The notes: a model not told the origin generated them from the sequence alone. A stretch of 64,000 nucleotides of DNA from Pseudomonadota bacterium (GCA_043821645.1 JBDRCO010000052.1:1-64000); one strand, 5' to 3'. Counted from the stretch's first letter, positions 48,379-58,317 are shown. Made by a program: numbers and translations.

Positions 48379-50244
48379 ATGCGTATTCTTGTTATTGAGA
48401 ACATCGAGGCCTCCGCGCAGTGGCTGCGCACGGTGCTCACGGCGCAGCACTGTGAGGTCATTGTTCAGGCCGATGCCGGGACCGCCATCGGGAACGTCGT
48501 GGGGGGAGCATTCGATCTGGTCGTGGCAGATTCCATGCTGCCCGGGCTGCGCGGCGAAGATGTGATCGAACGCCTGCGCACACTGGGGACATTAGTACCG
48601 ATCATCCTGCTGTTTCCCCTCGTCGGTGCAGCGCCGCAGCTGCCCCCGGGCGTTGTGGCCCTGGAAAGACCTTTCTCACGCCAGCAGCTGCTCGACACCG
48701 TGCAGCGTGTCGTCAGCGGTGTTGCTGCCGCCGAGGATGGGGTGGTGGAGGCACTCCCCGACCAGCTCCCCGAGGCCCTACTGCAGCTCGCCCGTCGCGG
48801 TGTCAGCGGCGTGCTGCAGGTCACCCACGAGGCGTCCCAGCGTCGGGTCACCATGCGCGGCGGCGTGCCTACCTATGTGTGGGCCGAGTACTCCAGCGAC
48901 AATTTCGGGCGTTTCCTGGTGCGGCGGAAGGTGATCACCGAGGAGGTTCTCGAGCAGAGTCACGCTGCCATGGTGAGCAAGGGGGTCGCCCAGGGTGAGG
49001 CCTTGATCCTGCTCGGAATCCTGCAGCAGGCCCAGCTCTACGCGCTGCTCAAGGCCTATCATCGCGAGCGGCTGCTGACGATGTTCACCTGGCCCTCACC
49101 CTCCCTGGAATTTGCCGAGGGCCGGGAGATTCCACGTGGTGAGCCTGTGTATGCCATCGATCCCATCCCGCTGGTGTTCGAAGGCTACCAGCGGCATGGC
49201 AGCACCGACGATCTGTTCCACTGGCCCGAGAAGCACGGGGACAGCTATGTGCGGCGCTGCCCCAACTTCGATGTGTACTTCCCGATGCTCCAGTCGCAGT
49301 GGCCGCGCTTGCCCCTGACGCAGCTGACCGCCGGCGGTGAGCCTTTGCACATGATCCTTCGCGCCCTGCCCGTCGACGTGATCTTCGCGGTACGCACCCT
49401 GAGCGCCCTGATCAGTCTCGAGATGATCGAGCTGGTCGACGCGCCCGTGGCCGAGTCCTCCGAGGTTTTTGTCATCGAGGTCGAGGACAGCCAGATCATC
49501 GGCGAGTACAACCTGGATCGGGGCCGTGGTGATTTCGACGTCGATCTGGATGAACAGATCGATCCCCGGGTCAACCAGGTCTTCGAGACCTACCTGTCCC
49601 TGCAGTTTGTTTCCTACTACGAGCTGCTCGCGGTGCCTGCCAATGCCACGGCCAGCATCGTGGCGACGGCGTACGAAAGTTTACGTGGCCACTACGAGGA
49701 GCTGCTGGAGGGTCTGGGATCGCAGCCCGAGGCCGTGGCCAAGGCGCAGGAGATCCTGGTGCACCTGCAGTTCGCGTGGGCCGTGCTCAACCAGCCCGAT
49801 ACGCGTCTGGCCTACGACAAGAAGCTGCTCGAAAAGCAGAACGCGACGGTGAAGCGTCGAGCCAGCCTCGGGGCCGAGGCGCGTTTCAAAAGTGGGCTTC
49901 ACGCGCTGCGCGCAGGGCGTTTCCAGGTGGCCCGGATCGAGTTCGAGGCCGCCCGGGCCCTGCGTGCAGGCGATGCCCTGTGCAACCTGTACACCTTGTG
50001 GGCCAGCTACCTTCAGCAACGCGAGGCCGTGCGCAAGATGGGTGAACTCCGCCGCGATCTCGACGCGCAGGCGCGCTTGCTCGGAGACGCCGAAGGCTAC
50101 GCCTTCCACGCCTGGATCTGCCTCGACCTGGGCTTCGTGGACAATGCCCGCCAGGCCGCGGCCCAGGCTCTCAACATCGATGAGGCCAGCGTCGAGGCCA
50201 ACAACGTGTGGCGTGCTCTCGAGGACCTCGAGAAGGCCACCTGA
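48379..50244 (+). CDS. Atypical receiver + DUF4388-like + J-domain-like + TPR protein
   Basis: REC-like N-terminus (FDLVVAD.MLPG); SGVL.V...G.P, FG.FL and L..MFTW (DUF4388-like); YYELLAV...A...I..AY...L..PDTR..YD (J-like); C-terminal TPRs. Confidence 0.75.
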   Translation: MRILVIENIEASAQWLRTVLTAQHCEVIVQADAGTAIGNVVGGAFDLVVADSMLPGLRGEDVIERLRTLGTLVPIILLFPLVGAAPQLPPGVVALERPFSRQQLLDTVQRVVSGVAAAEDGVVEALPDQLPEALLQLARRGVSGVLQVTHEASQRRVTMRGGVPTYVWAEYSSDNFGRFLVRRKVITEEVLEQSHAAMVSKGVAQGEALILLGILQQAQLYALLKAYHRERLLTMFTWPSPSLEFAEGREIPRGEPVYAIDPIPLVFEGYQRHGSTDDLFHWPEKHGDSYVRRCPNFDVYFPMLQSQWPRLPLTQLTAGGEPLHMILRALPVDVIFAVRTLSALISLEMIELVDAPVAESSEVFVIEVEDSQIIGEYNLDRGRGDFDVDLDEQIDPRVNQVFETYLSLQFVSYYELLAVPANATASIVATAYESLRGHYEELLEGLGSQPEAVAKAQEILVHLQFAWAVLNQPDTRLAYDKKLLEKQNATVKRRASLGAEARFKSGLHALRAGRFQVARIEFEAARALRAGDALCNLYTLWASYLQQREAVRKMGELRRDLDAQARLLGDAEGYAFHAWICLDLGFVDNARQAAAQALNIDEASVEANNVWRALEDLEKAT

Positions 50245-50378
50245 CCGGAGCGTGACGGAACGCGCATCGGCGCTCCACCTTTGAGCCATCGCATGGTAGG
50301 CACTGCCGGCGGGTTCAGCCGACAGCCCGCGATCACCGACTGCCGGGGCGCGCCACCTGCGCCCCAACGAGGGCAACC

Positions 50379-51890
50379 ATGGAAGCCATCCTGAAGGAGC
50401 TGGGAATTGCCAAGATCAACTCGGGCGCCTGCGGCGAACGCTGGATCGAGAAGCCCGGCGGCCGCGAGCTGAAAAGCATCAATCCCACCACCGGCGAGAC
50501 CATCGCCACCATTCTTCAGGCCAGCCGGGACGACTACGAGAAGGTCATGGCCGATGCCGTCCAGGCCTTCGAGACCTGGCGCATGTGGCCGGCTCCTCGC
50601 CGCGGCGAGGTGGTGCGCCAGATTGGCCATGCCCTGCGCGAGAAGAAGGATGCCCTGGCCGCACTGGTCTCCCTCGAGATGGGCAAGATCAAGGCCGAGG
50701 GCCTGGGTGAGGTCCAGGAGATGATCGACATCTGCGACTTCGCCGTGGGCCTGTCGCGCCAGCTCTATGGCCTGGCCATGCACTCCGAAAGGCCCATGCA
50801 CCGCATGTACGAGCAGTGGCACCCCCTGGGCGTGGTCGGGATCATCAGTGCCTTCAATTTCCCGGTGGCCGTGTGGTCCTGGAACGCAGCCATCGCGGCG
50901 GTGTGCGGCGATAGCATGATCTGGAAGCCGTCGTCGGACACACCCCTGACCGCGCTCGCGGTGCAGAAGATCGTGCAGCCCGTGCTCGAGCGCAATGGCT
51001 GCGCCGGGATCATGACCCTGGTGATCGGCAAGGGCAGCGAGATAGGCGAGACCCTGATCAACGACCCCCGCATTCCGCTCATCTCGGCCACCGGCTCCAA
51101 CACGATGGGCGAGCGTATCGCCAAAGCCGTGGCGTCGAGATTCACCCGCCTCATCCTCGAGCTCGGCGGCAACAATGCCATCACCGTGATGGACGATGCC
51201 GACCTGGACCTGGTGACCCGGGCCGTGCTGTTCGCTGCCATTGGCACCTCGGGTCAGCGCTGCACCTCGCTGCGCCGGCTGATCGTGCAAAAGGGTGTCG
51301 CCCCCGAGCTGACACGGCGCTTGCTGGCCGGTTACAAGCAGGTGCGCATCGGTGATCCCCTCGACGACAAGACCCTGATGGGGCCACTGGTCAACGAGGC
51401 GGCGGTGGCCGACATGATGGCTGCTCTTGACGTCATCCAGAAGCAGGGCGGCGAGATCCTGTGCGGCGGGAATAAGATAGACCGTCCTGGTTTCTTCGTC
51501 GAGCCTGCCATCGTCAAGGCCCGGGCAGACATGCCCATCGTGCAGGAGGAGACCTTCGCGCCCGTGCTGTACATCATCGAGTGCGAGGACCTCGAGGATG
51601 CCATCCGCATCCAGAATGGCGTGCCCCAGGGTCTGTCGTCGGCAATCTTCACGCGCAATCTGCTGGCCGCCGAGACCTTCCTGAGCGCCCGCGGGTCCGA
51701 CTGCGGCATCGCCAACGTCAACATCGGCACCTCGGGCGCCGAGATCGGTGGTGCCTTCGGTGGCGAGAAGGCCACCGGGGGTGGTCGCGAGGCGGGCAGC
51801 GACAGCTGGAAGCAGTACATGCGACGCCAGACCTGCACCATCAACTGGTCCAGCGATCTGCCCCTGGCGCAGGGATTGACGTTCGGTTGA
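50379..51890 (+). CDS. Aldehyde dehydrogenase family 7 (aminoadipate-semialdehyde/P6C dehydrogenase-like)
   Basis: PAPRRGE, AFNFP, LELGGNN, GQRCT, EETFAP and GAEIGGAFGGEK.TGGGRE. Confidence 0.92.
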   Translation: MEAILKELGIAKINSGACGERWIEKPGGRELKSINPTTGETIATILQASRDDYEKVMADAVQAFETWRMWPAPRRGEVVRQIGHALREKKDALAALVSLEMGKIKAEGLGEVQEMIDICDFAVGLSRQLYGLAMHSERPMHRMYEQWHPLGVVGIISAFNFPVAVWSWNAAIAAVCGDSMIWKPSSDTPLTALAVQKIVQPVLERNGCAGIMTLVIGKGSEIGETLINDPRIPLISATGSNTMGERIAKAVASRFTRLILELGGNNAITVMDDADLDLVTRAVLFAAIGTSGQRCTSLRRLIVQKGVAPELTRRLLAGYKQVRIGDPLDDKTLMGPLVNEAAVADMMAALDVIQKQGGEILCGGNKIDRPGFFVEPAIVKARADMPIVQEETFAPVLYIIECEDLEDAIRIQNGVPQGLSSAIFTRNLLAAETFLSARGSDCGIANVNIGTSGAEIGGAFGGEKATGGGREAGSDSWKQYMRRQTCTINWSSDLPLAQGLTFG

Positions 51891-51926
51891 GCTTTCGAGC
51901 GGGCGCGCTGCGCACCCCCGGGCAGG

Positions 51927-52949
51927 TCACTTCTTCTCTTCGACCAGGGCCACCGAGCATGCCGAGACCTTGCCGTCTGCCTCGACGGTGAGGGTGTAAC
52001 GCACCTTGTCCGGCACCAGCACGAGTTCGACCGCCGTGGCCTCGCCTTCGGCGCGGGAGAAGCGCCACTTGTTGGCCACCTCGCACACGCAGCGCTCGAG
52101 CCCGGCCTGGTCGACACTGCGCTGGCGGCGCTGGCCCAGGCGCTCGCGACAGTGACCGAGCTGGAAGTCGCGGGTTGTGGCGACCCGGGCCAGGTCTGCA
52201 GCCCGGTTTGCCACCGCCGGGCGATCCGGCGCGCTGCTCGGGCCCACTCCGGGGGACTTGTGCTGGACGTCAACCAGCGAGGAGCGTCCCGCCTCGACGT
52301 CGAGGAAACAGCCCCGGGCGTACAGCGATCGCTGCGTGTCATTGTGTAGGAGGTCCGACGGCGGAACGAAGGCGGCACCTGCCATGTCGACCGCGGTGCT
52401 GGCGCAGCTGCAGACCACATCCTTCATCGACTTCTGATCCAGTGGCTTTGGCAGGCTGGGCTGGCTGTGCAGCATCGCCGCCGAGGGATGATCCGCGGGC
52501 AGCGCATTGAGGGTGTCGAAGAGCTCACCCAGGGGCTGGCAGGCCAGAGCCATCGTCTCGAAGCGCAGTCGGTCCAATCCCTCGATCCTGTTGACCGGGC
52601 TGTAGTCCGCCACCGCCTGTCCCAGCGCGAGGGCCGCCAGGGACAACTCGACACGCTTGCGCGTGGCCTTGTCCCGGGCCTTTTCTTCCGTCGCCCCGAC
52701 GTCGAGAGCCTTGGCCGCTTGATGCAGCATGAGGATCTGGCAACGGTACGCTGCCACGTCGTACCCCTTGAGGACGCGGCGCGTGCATTCCGGAGCCTTC
52801 TTGGTCAGCTCCTCGACAGCGACCTGGGGCTGTTGCCGCGCCAGCTGCGCGGCCCGGGTCTCCTTGCGCAGAACGCGATCCGTGGCCTGGCTGGGGACCG
52901 CCAGAGTTGGCAAGGCGAGGAGCACGAGACTGGCAGTGACGCGGTGCAT
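51927..52949 (-). CDS. Exported Cys-containing hypothetical protein with AgmX/TonB-C-like C-terminus
   Basis: Signal peptide MHRVTASLVLLALPTLA; C-terminal L.HC.ER...CVC.....WRF pattern. Confidence 0.55.
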   Translation of the reverse strand: MHRVTASLVLLALPTLAVPSQATDRVLRKETRAAQLARQQPQVAVEELTKKAPECTRRVLKGYDVAAYRCQILMLHQAAKALDVGATEEKARDKATRKRVELSLAALALGQAVADYSPVNRIEGLDRLRFETMALACQPLGELFDTLNALPADHPSAAMLHSQPSLPKPLDQKSMKDVVCSCASTAVDMAGAAFVPPSDLLHNDTQRSLYARGCFLDVEAGRSSLVDVQHKSPGVGPSSAPDRPAVANRAADLARVATTRDFQLGHCRERLGQRRQRSVDQAGLERCVCEVANKWRFSRAEGEATAVELVLVPDKVRYTLTVEADGKVSACSVALVEEKK

Positions 52950-53093
52950 GCAAGACACCCCGGTTCGGATGTGATAAAAATTACAGAGCTGATTTTGACA
53001 CATACCGAGCTCCTCGGGTACCCCCGCCTCCTTCACAGCACAGGCAGTCAGAAAAACAGTGCGGTGTCGGGGTGATGGCGACGGGGCACGAAC

Positions 53094-53122
53094 TTGACGG
53101 GTCACTGGCGCTGACGTACCTT
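53094..53122 (+). promoter_or_regulatory. Putative sigma70 promoter for the TPR-ExeA operon
   Basis: TTGACG-N17-TACCTT. Confidence 0.6.
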
Positions 53123-53134
53123 CGATTTGAATGG

Positions 53135-53337
53135 GCGGTGCCTGCCCCCGTTTTGGGGCCTGCACCTCTGGTCGAGAAGAGGGCACTGGGTCGCGAGCAG
53201 ATCAGCTCGCCAGACCAGTGTTATGCGATTCCGTGCGGTAGAGGCACCGCGTCCTGGCATCACACGCTCCTGGCGTGGGTGAGGATCTGCGGCGCGACGT
53301 TGCTTGCCGGGGGAGCGAGCGCGCTGTCTCCGCACGG
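53135..53337 (+). other. Candidate structured RNA leader (unassigned family)
   Basis: GCGGTGCCT/AGGCACCGC closing helix with three nested hairpins, plus a CCGTGCGG/CCGCACGG long-range pairing. Confidence 0.4.
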
Positions 53338-53358
53338 GGTCATCACGGAAGGGCGCCG

Positions 53359-56300
53359 GTGACGGTCAACAAGAACAAGATCATCGCAGCCGCCCAGAAG
53401 TTCCAGCAGAAGGGGCAGCTCGACAAAGCGATCAAGGAGCTGCAGCGCCTTGTGGACGACGACCCCAAGGACGTCCGCACGCTCCTCAAGATCGGCGATC
53501 TGTATTCGAAGAAGGGGGATCGCAAGGACGCCACGTCGACCTACCTGCGCGTGGCCGAGTTCTATAGCCAGCAGGGTTTCTTTCTCAAGGCCGTCGCCGT
53601 CTACAAGCAGATCCTGCGCGTTGACCAGGGCATCACCGAGGTCAATCTCAAGCTGGCGGAGCTGTACAACCAGCTTGGTCTCATCTCCGACGCCATGACC
53701 CAGTTCCAGCAGGTCGTGGCCACCTACGAGCGCCAGGGGCAGACCCACGAATCGCTGATGGTGCTGCGCAAGATGGTCGAGCTCGACCCCGACAACATTG
53801 CCAGCCGCATCAAGCTGGCGGAGCTGTGCTCGTCGCAGGGTCTCATGGCGGACGCGGTGCGCGAGTTCGAGGCGGCGGCGGCCTACCTCAAGGAGCAGCA
53901 GCGGCAGGACGACTGGATCAAGGTGGCCGAGCGCCTGGTGTTCCACGACGCTTCGCGCCTCGACGTGCTCAAAGAACTGGCGACCCTGTACCTGCAGCGC
54001 GGGGACACCAAGCGCGCGCTGGCCAAGCTCCAGATCTGCTTCAAGACCTCCTCGCGTGACCTGGAGACCCTGGGGCTGCTGGCCGGGGCTTTCGGCGCGC
54101 TGGGCCAGACCGTCAAGTCCGTCTCCGTGTACAAGGAGATGGCCAAGATCCACGAGGAGGAGGGCCAGAGCGCGGACGCGGCTCAGGTCTGGGACACCAT
54201 TGGCCAGATGGCGCCGGACGACGTGGACTACCTGGCGCGCCAAGGCGCAAGCAGCCATCCAGGTTTCGAACCAGCAGCACCTCTGTCTTTTCCGTCGTTC
54301 CCACCGACCCACGCTGGTGAGACCCCGGGCCAGCCACCGAGCTTGGTCCCGGTCCCGCTGGCTCCCGCGCAGATCGCTCCGGCGGCAAGCGGGTCGCCCA
54401 CCGGCATCGCCGAGCAGGCAGCCAAGCTGCTGAGCGAGACGGACGTCTACGTCAAGTATGGGCTCAAGGACCGGGCCGTCGACCATCTGCGCAAGATCTT
54501 CGAACTCGACCCGAACTTCGAGCCGGCCTACGTCAAGCAGAAGAGCATCGCACTGGCGATGGGGGATCGCGCCCTGGCCGCGCGTGCCGTCGAGAACCTG
54601 GTTCGCATCGCGATGACGCGTGACGACGTGGATGCGGCCGCAGGCTACGTCGGCGAACTCGAGGGATTCCTGCCCGGCTATGCGGGTCTGCCGGCACTGC
54701 GCGGAGCACTCCGGGGCGGCCCCTTGCCCAGCTCGGCGGCCGGGGGTGGCGACGACTTCGATGAGGTGTCGGTGGACATCACCCTCGGCACCGAGGACGA
54801 GGCGCAGGAGGTCGAGGCCGCGGCGGTCGAAGAGTCCGAGGACGCGTTCCAGCCCGTCGCCACGGGGGACATTCTCGATCTTTCTGCCGCCGATGCGCTG
54901 GATGACGATGCGTCGGCTGCCCTGCTGGCGGCGACCGTGGACGCGGACGCGCTGTACCAGATGGAGGAGCTCGAGACCGCAGCGGCGGCGTACGGTGATG
55001 ACGACGAGCCGGTCTTCGGTCGTTCGACGGACGACCTCCTGGAGCAGGTCGCGGGCATGGCGGACGAGGCGGTGCAGAGCGTCGTCACCGAGGACCTGGA
55101 CGAGCTGGTGGGAGAGGAGCCTGCACTGGGCATCCCGGTTGCCAGCCTTGATGTCGAGCAGGAGGTCGCGGACGATCTCATCCTCGGTGCCCAGGACAGC
55201 GATGGATCTGCGCTCCTGCAGGAGATCGAGGACGATGTCGAGGACTTCGAGGAAGTCCTGCCCACGACCATGATGTCGGCCTCCGAGATGGCCGCGATGC
55301 GCGCGACCTATGGCGTACCGAAATCCGACAGCGCCCCTGCAGCACCCGCGATACCCTTCGTGGCGGCCGAACCGGAGCTGCTGGACGACGACATTGCCGG
55401 GGTGACGGACGACCTGGTGCTCGGAGCTGAAGACGAGGGTGCCATCGTCGAGGACAGCGAGGTCGAGTTGCTCGACGAGGCTGGCGGCATTCTCGATCAC
55501 AGACAGGACGTCCTCGCCGCGAGCGGGCTTCTCGGTAGCCATGATCTCCCCACGGACGACAACCTGGACACAGACGATGCCCTGCTGGGCGGGGACGGCG
55601 ACATCCTGGAGGCTGATGCCGCGTTGCTTGATGCCGGCGGTGGGCTGGACAGCTTCTCGGATGCCGGTTCCTTGTTTGCGGGAGAGGCTGGATCGCTCGA
55701 CGCGGACGCCGGGCTTCTGGATGCCGACGATGCCATCCTGGGCGCTGACGACGCCATCCTGGGCGCTGCGGATGCCATCCTGGGACCTGACGACGAAGTG
55801 TACGAGGACGATCTCGACCGCGTGCCCGACGACCCAGCCATGTCGCTCTCGGACGACGTCGTGGCCACCGCGATGGTCGTCAACGCCTCGGATCTCTATC
55901 TGGCGGATGCGGCTGCAGACCGGGAGCACGCGCCGCACCAGGAGCCTGAGCAGAGCGCCTTTGCCGAGGTCTGGAGCACCGACCCGGGCCCGCCTCAGCT
56001 CCCCGCGCCGGTCTTCGACGAGATCGAGGACACCGTTCCACCCGTCAGCAGTTCCGGATCGGATGCCTGGGCGGCACCCGACCACGTGGGAGCAGCGGAT
56101 GCTCTCCTGGCTGATGACGAGCTGCCGGCTGGTGCCAGGTCCGTTCCCAGCAGCGGGGTCGAGGACGAGGCTTTCATCCCCACGACGCAGTTCAAGGCAC
56201 CCACCGACCAGCTGGCCGGTCTGGATCTGGCCGACGACGAGCAGGGTGCCTTCGGCGGCGACGCACCGAGCCCCGAGGTGCAGCTGCAGCAGGCGATCGC

Positions 56301-57348
56301 CAGGGCCTCGGATCCCTTCCAGGACAGCGTCGAGGAAGAGGTCGGGATCGGAACCGCCACCGAGATCATGGGTCTCTCCGACACCGAACTGGAGGAGATC
56401 CGGGCTTTTGCTACCGGGGCGCCGCAGCGCCTGTCGACGTCGCTGGCCAGGAAGGGCCTCCCCGCCGTGGCGACACCCGTGGAGTCCGTGCCCGACGTCC
56501 CCAATGTCTTCGACGAGGCTGCAGTCACCGATCCGGGTTCCTCTCCCGTGGTCCCGCCAGATCCCGATGACGAGAGCGATCCTGCCCAGGAATTCTTCGC
56601 GGACGAGCTGGGGGAGGCGGACTTCTTCGTGCGCCAGGGCCTGCTCGACGAGGCTCGCGACATCCTGCACGCCATCCTCGAGGACGTCCCGGAGTCACGG
56701 AAGGCCCGAGCGTTGCTGGATCGCATCGGTGCCCTCGAGTCCGGGGACAATGGCGAGGCGTCGGAGAGCGCCGGGGAGGGGGCCTTTGACCTCGCCTCCG
56801 AGCTGCTCAGCGAACTCGAGGACCTGGGTGTTCCAGACGCCCCCTCCGAGGACTTCCAGTACTCCGTCGAAGAGGTGTTCAGCGAGTTCAAGCGCGGTGT
56901 CGAGAAGTCGGTCAGTTCCGACGACGCGGATACCCACTACGACCTCGGTATCGCCTACAAGGAGATGGGCCTGGTCGAGGACTCGATTCACGAGTTCGAG
57001 ATCGCTACCCAGGGCGCAGGGCGGAAGGCCGACGCGCTGTACATGATGGGCCTGTGCGAGGTCGAGCTGGGCCGCCATGCCAGCGCGGTCAAGCGCTTCA
57101 AGGACGCCATGCACGTCGAGAACATCAACCCGGGTCAGAAGCTGGCGGTGATGTTCGAACTTGGCGTTGCCCACCAATCCCTGGGTCAGAGCGACGAGGC
57201 GCTGCACATCCTGGAGAAGGTGTTCAAGAAGAACCCCAAGTTCAAGGATGTGGCCGAACGTGTACAGACCCTGGGCGGGGGCGACGGAGGCGCCACCTCA
57301 GGGACCCGAGCATCCGTAAAAAAAGGTAAAAATATCAGTTATTTGTAG
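53359..57348 (+). CDS. Very large cytoplasmic TPR protein with long acidic low-complexity linker (FimV-like architecture)
   Basis: N-terminal TPR array, an Asp/Glu-rich centre of several hundred residues, EADFFVRQGL motif, THYDLGIAYKEMGL and C-terminal TPRs; GTG start. Confidence 0.85.
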   Translation: MTVNKNKIIAAAQKFQQKGQLDKAIKELQRLVDDDPKDVRTLLKIGDLYSKKGDRKDATSTYLRVAEFYSQQGFFLKAVAVYKQILRVDQGITEVNLKLAELYNQLGLISDAMTQFQQVVATYERQGQTHESLMVLRKMVELDPDNIASRIKLAELCSSQGLMADAVREFEAAAAYLKEQQRQDDWIKVAERLVFHDASRLDVLKELATLYLQRGDTKRALAKLQICFKTSSRDLETLGLLAGAFGALGQTVKSVSVYKEMAKIHEEEGQSADAAQVWDTIGQMAPDDVDYLARQGASSHPGFEPAAPLSFPSFPPTHAGETPGQPPSLVPVPLAPAQIAPAASGSPTGIAEQAAKLLSETDVYVKYGLKDRAVDHLRKIFELDPNFEPAYVKQKSIALAMGDRALAARAVENLVRIAMTRDDVDAAAGYVGELEGFLPGYAGLPALRGALRGGPLPSSAAGGGDDFDEVSVDITLGTEDEAQEVEAAAVEESEDAFQPVATGDILDLSAADALDDDASAALLAATVDADALYQMEELETAAAAYGDDDEPVFGRSTDDLLEQVAGMADEAVQSVVTEDLDELVGEEPALGIPVASLDVEQEVADDLILGAQDSDGSALLQEIEDDVEDFEEVLPTTMMSASEMAAMRATYGVPKSDSAPAAPAIPFVAAEPELLDDDIAGVTDDLVLGAEDEGAIVEDSEVELLDEAGGILDHRQDVLAASGLLGSHDLPTDDNLDTDDALLGGDGDILEADAALLDAGGGLDSFSDAGSLFAGEAGSLDADAGLLDADDAILGADDAILGAADAILGPDDEVYEDDLDRVPDDPAMSLSDDVVATAMVVNASDLYLADAAADREHAPHQEPEQSAFAEVWSTDPGPPQLPAPVFDEIEDTVPPVSSSGSDAWAAPDHVGAADALLADDELPAGARSVPSSGVEDEAFIPTTQFKAPTDQLAGLDLADDEQGAFGGDAPSPEVQLQQAIARASDPFQDSVEEEVGIGTATEIMGLSDTELEEIRAFATGAPQRLSTSLARKGLPAVATPVESVPDVPNVFDEAAVTDPGSSPVVPPDPDDESDPAQEFFADELGEADFFVRQGLLDEARDILHAILEDVPESRKARALLDRIGALESGDNGEASESAGEGAFDLASELLSELEDLGVPDAPSEDFQYSVEEVFSEFKRGVEKSVSSDDADTHYDLGIAYKEMGLVEDSIHEFEIATQGAGRKADALYMMGLCEVELGRHASAVKRFKDAMHVENINPGQKLAVMFELGVAHQSLGQSDEALHILEKVFKKNPKFKDVAERVQTLGGGDGGATSGTRASVKKGKNISYL
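55564..55800 (+). repeat. Intragenic 21-bp (7-aa) tandem repeat
   Basis: Near-identical units at 55720, 55741 and 55762 (e.g. ggcgctgacgacgccatcctg) within about 11 degenerate heptads such as LGADDAI. Confidence 0.75.
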
Positions 57349-57375
57349 TTGGAGCACGTTCGGCGGAAACAAAGC

Positions 57376-58317
57376 ATGCGCTACCTCGAGCACTTCGAGC
57401 TGACCCAGGAGCCGTTCTCCAACGCGCCGGTCAGCCGCTTCTACTACAACAGCACCCAGCACCAGCAGGCGCTGACGAGGTTGATGTACGCCGTCGAGAG
57501 CATGAAGGGCCTGGCCTTGCTGGTGGGCCGCATCGGCGCTGGCAAGACCACCCTGGCCCGACGCATGCTCGACAGCCTGCCGGACCAGGAGTACGAGGCC
57601 GCCCTGCTGGTCATCGTGCACTCTGGCATCACTGCCAACTGGTTGCTCAAGCGCATCGCGGGCCAGCTCGGAGTGGTCAATCCCCACAACGAGAAGCTCG
57701 CCCTGCTGTCGCAGCTCTACCAGCGGCTGGTTCAGATCTATGAGTCGGGCAAGAAGGCGGTGCTGCTCATCGACGAGGCTCAGATGCTGCAGACCCGGGA
57801 ACTGATGGAGGAGTTCCGGGGGCTGCTGAACCTCGAGGTGCCAGAGCGCAAGCTCATCACCTTCGTGTTCTTCGGCTTGCCCGAGATCGAGGACAATTTG
57901 CGCCTGGACCCTCCGCTGGCGCAGCGCGTGGCCCTGCGGCACGTGCTGGAAACCTTCGACCGGGGGGACACCGAGAGCTACATCAAGCACAGGCTTCGCC
58001 TCGCTGGCGCCAAGCAGATGCTGTTTGACGACGGGGCCATCGACGCGGTCCATGGGGCCGTGCGTGGTGTGCCGCGTCTCATCAACACCCTGTGCGACAA
58101 CGCGTTGCTGGAGACCTACCTGGCGCGCCAGCCCACGGTCAGCCGCGCCATGGTCGAGGTCGCCGCCCGAACGCTCAATCTCGATGCTGAGGGCTTCTCG
58201 GATCTGCCTGCCACGCCGCGCCTGTCCCAGGCCGCCCCCCTGCGCGCTGCGCCGCGACAGCGACGGCGGGTGGCCCTGTCGGACATTGACGCCTTGCTCG
58301 AGGGGCTCAAGTCCTAG
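57376..58317 (+). CDS. ExeA/GspA family AAA ATPase
   Basis: Y..HF.L...PF, Walker A GRIGAGKTT, Walker B LLIDEAQ, YIKHRL and GVPRLIN.LCD. Confidence 0.9.
   Translation: MRYLEHFELTQEPFSNAPVSRFYYNSTQHQQALTRLMYAVESMKGLALLVGRIGAGKTTLARRMLDSLPDQEYEAALLVIVHSGITANWLLKRIAGQLGVVNPHNEKLALLSQLYQRLVQIYESGKKAVLLIDEAQMLQTRELMEEFRGLLNLEVPERKLITFVFFGLPEIEDNLRLDPPLAQRVALRHVLETFDRGDTESYIKHRLRLAGAKQMLFDDGAIDAVHGAVRGVPRLINTLCDNALLETYLARQPTVSRAMVEVAARTLNLDAEGFSDLPATPRLSQAAPLRAAPRQRRRVALSDIDALLEGLKS

Noticed and set aside
53260-56670. Long antisense ORFs (also 43650-46082, 4093-6096, 8915-10576, 36232-38223)
   Set aside because: They are shadow frames of well-supported genes, expected from GC3-biased codon usage, and carry no recognisable motifs.
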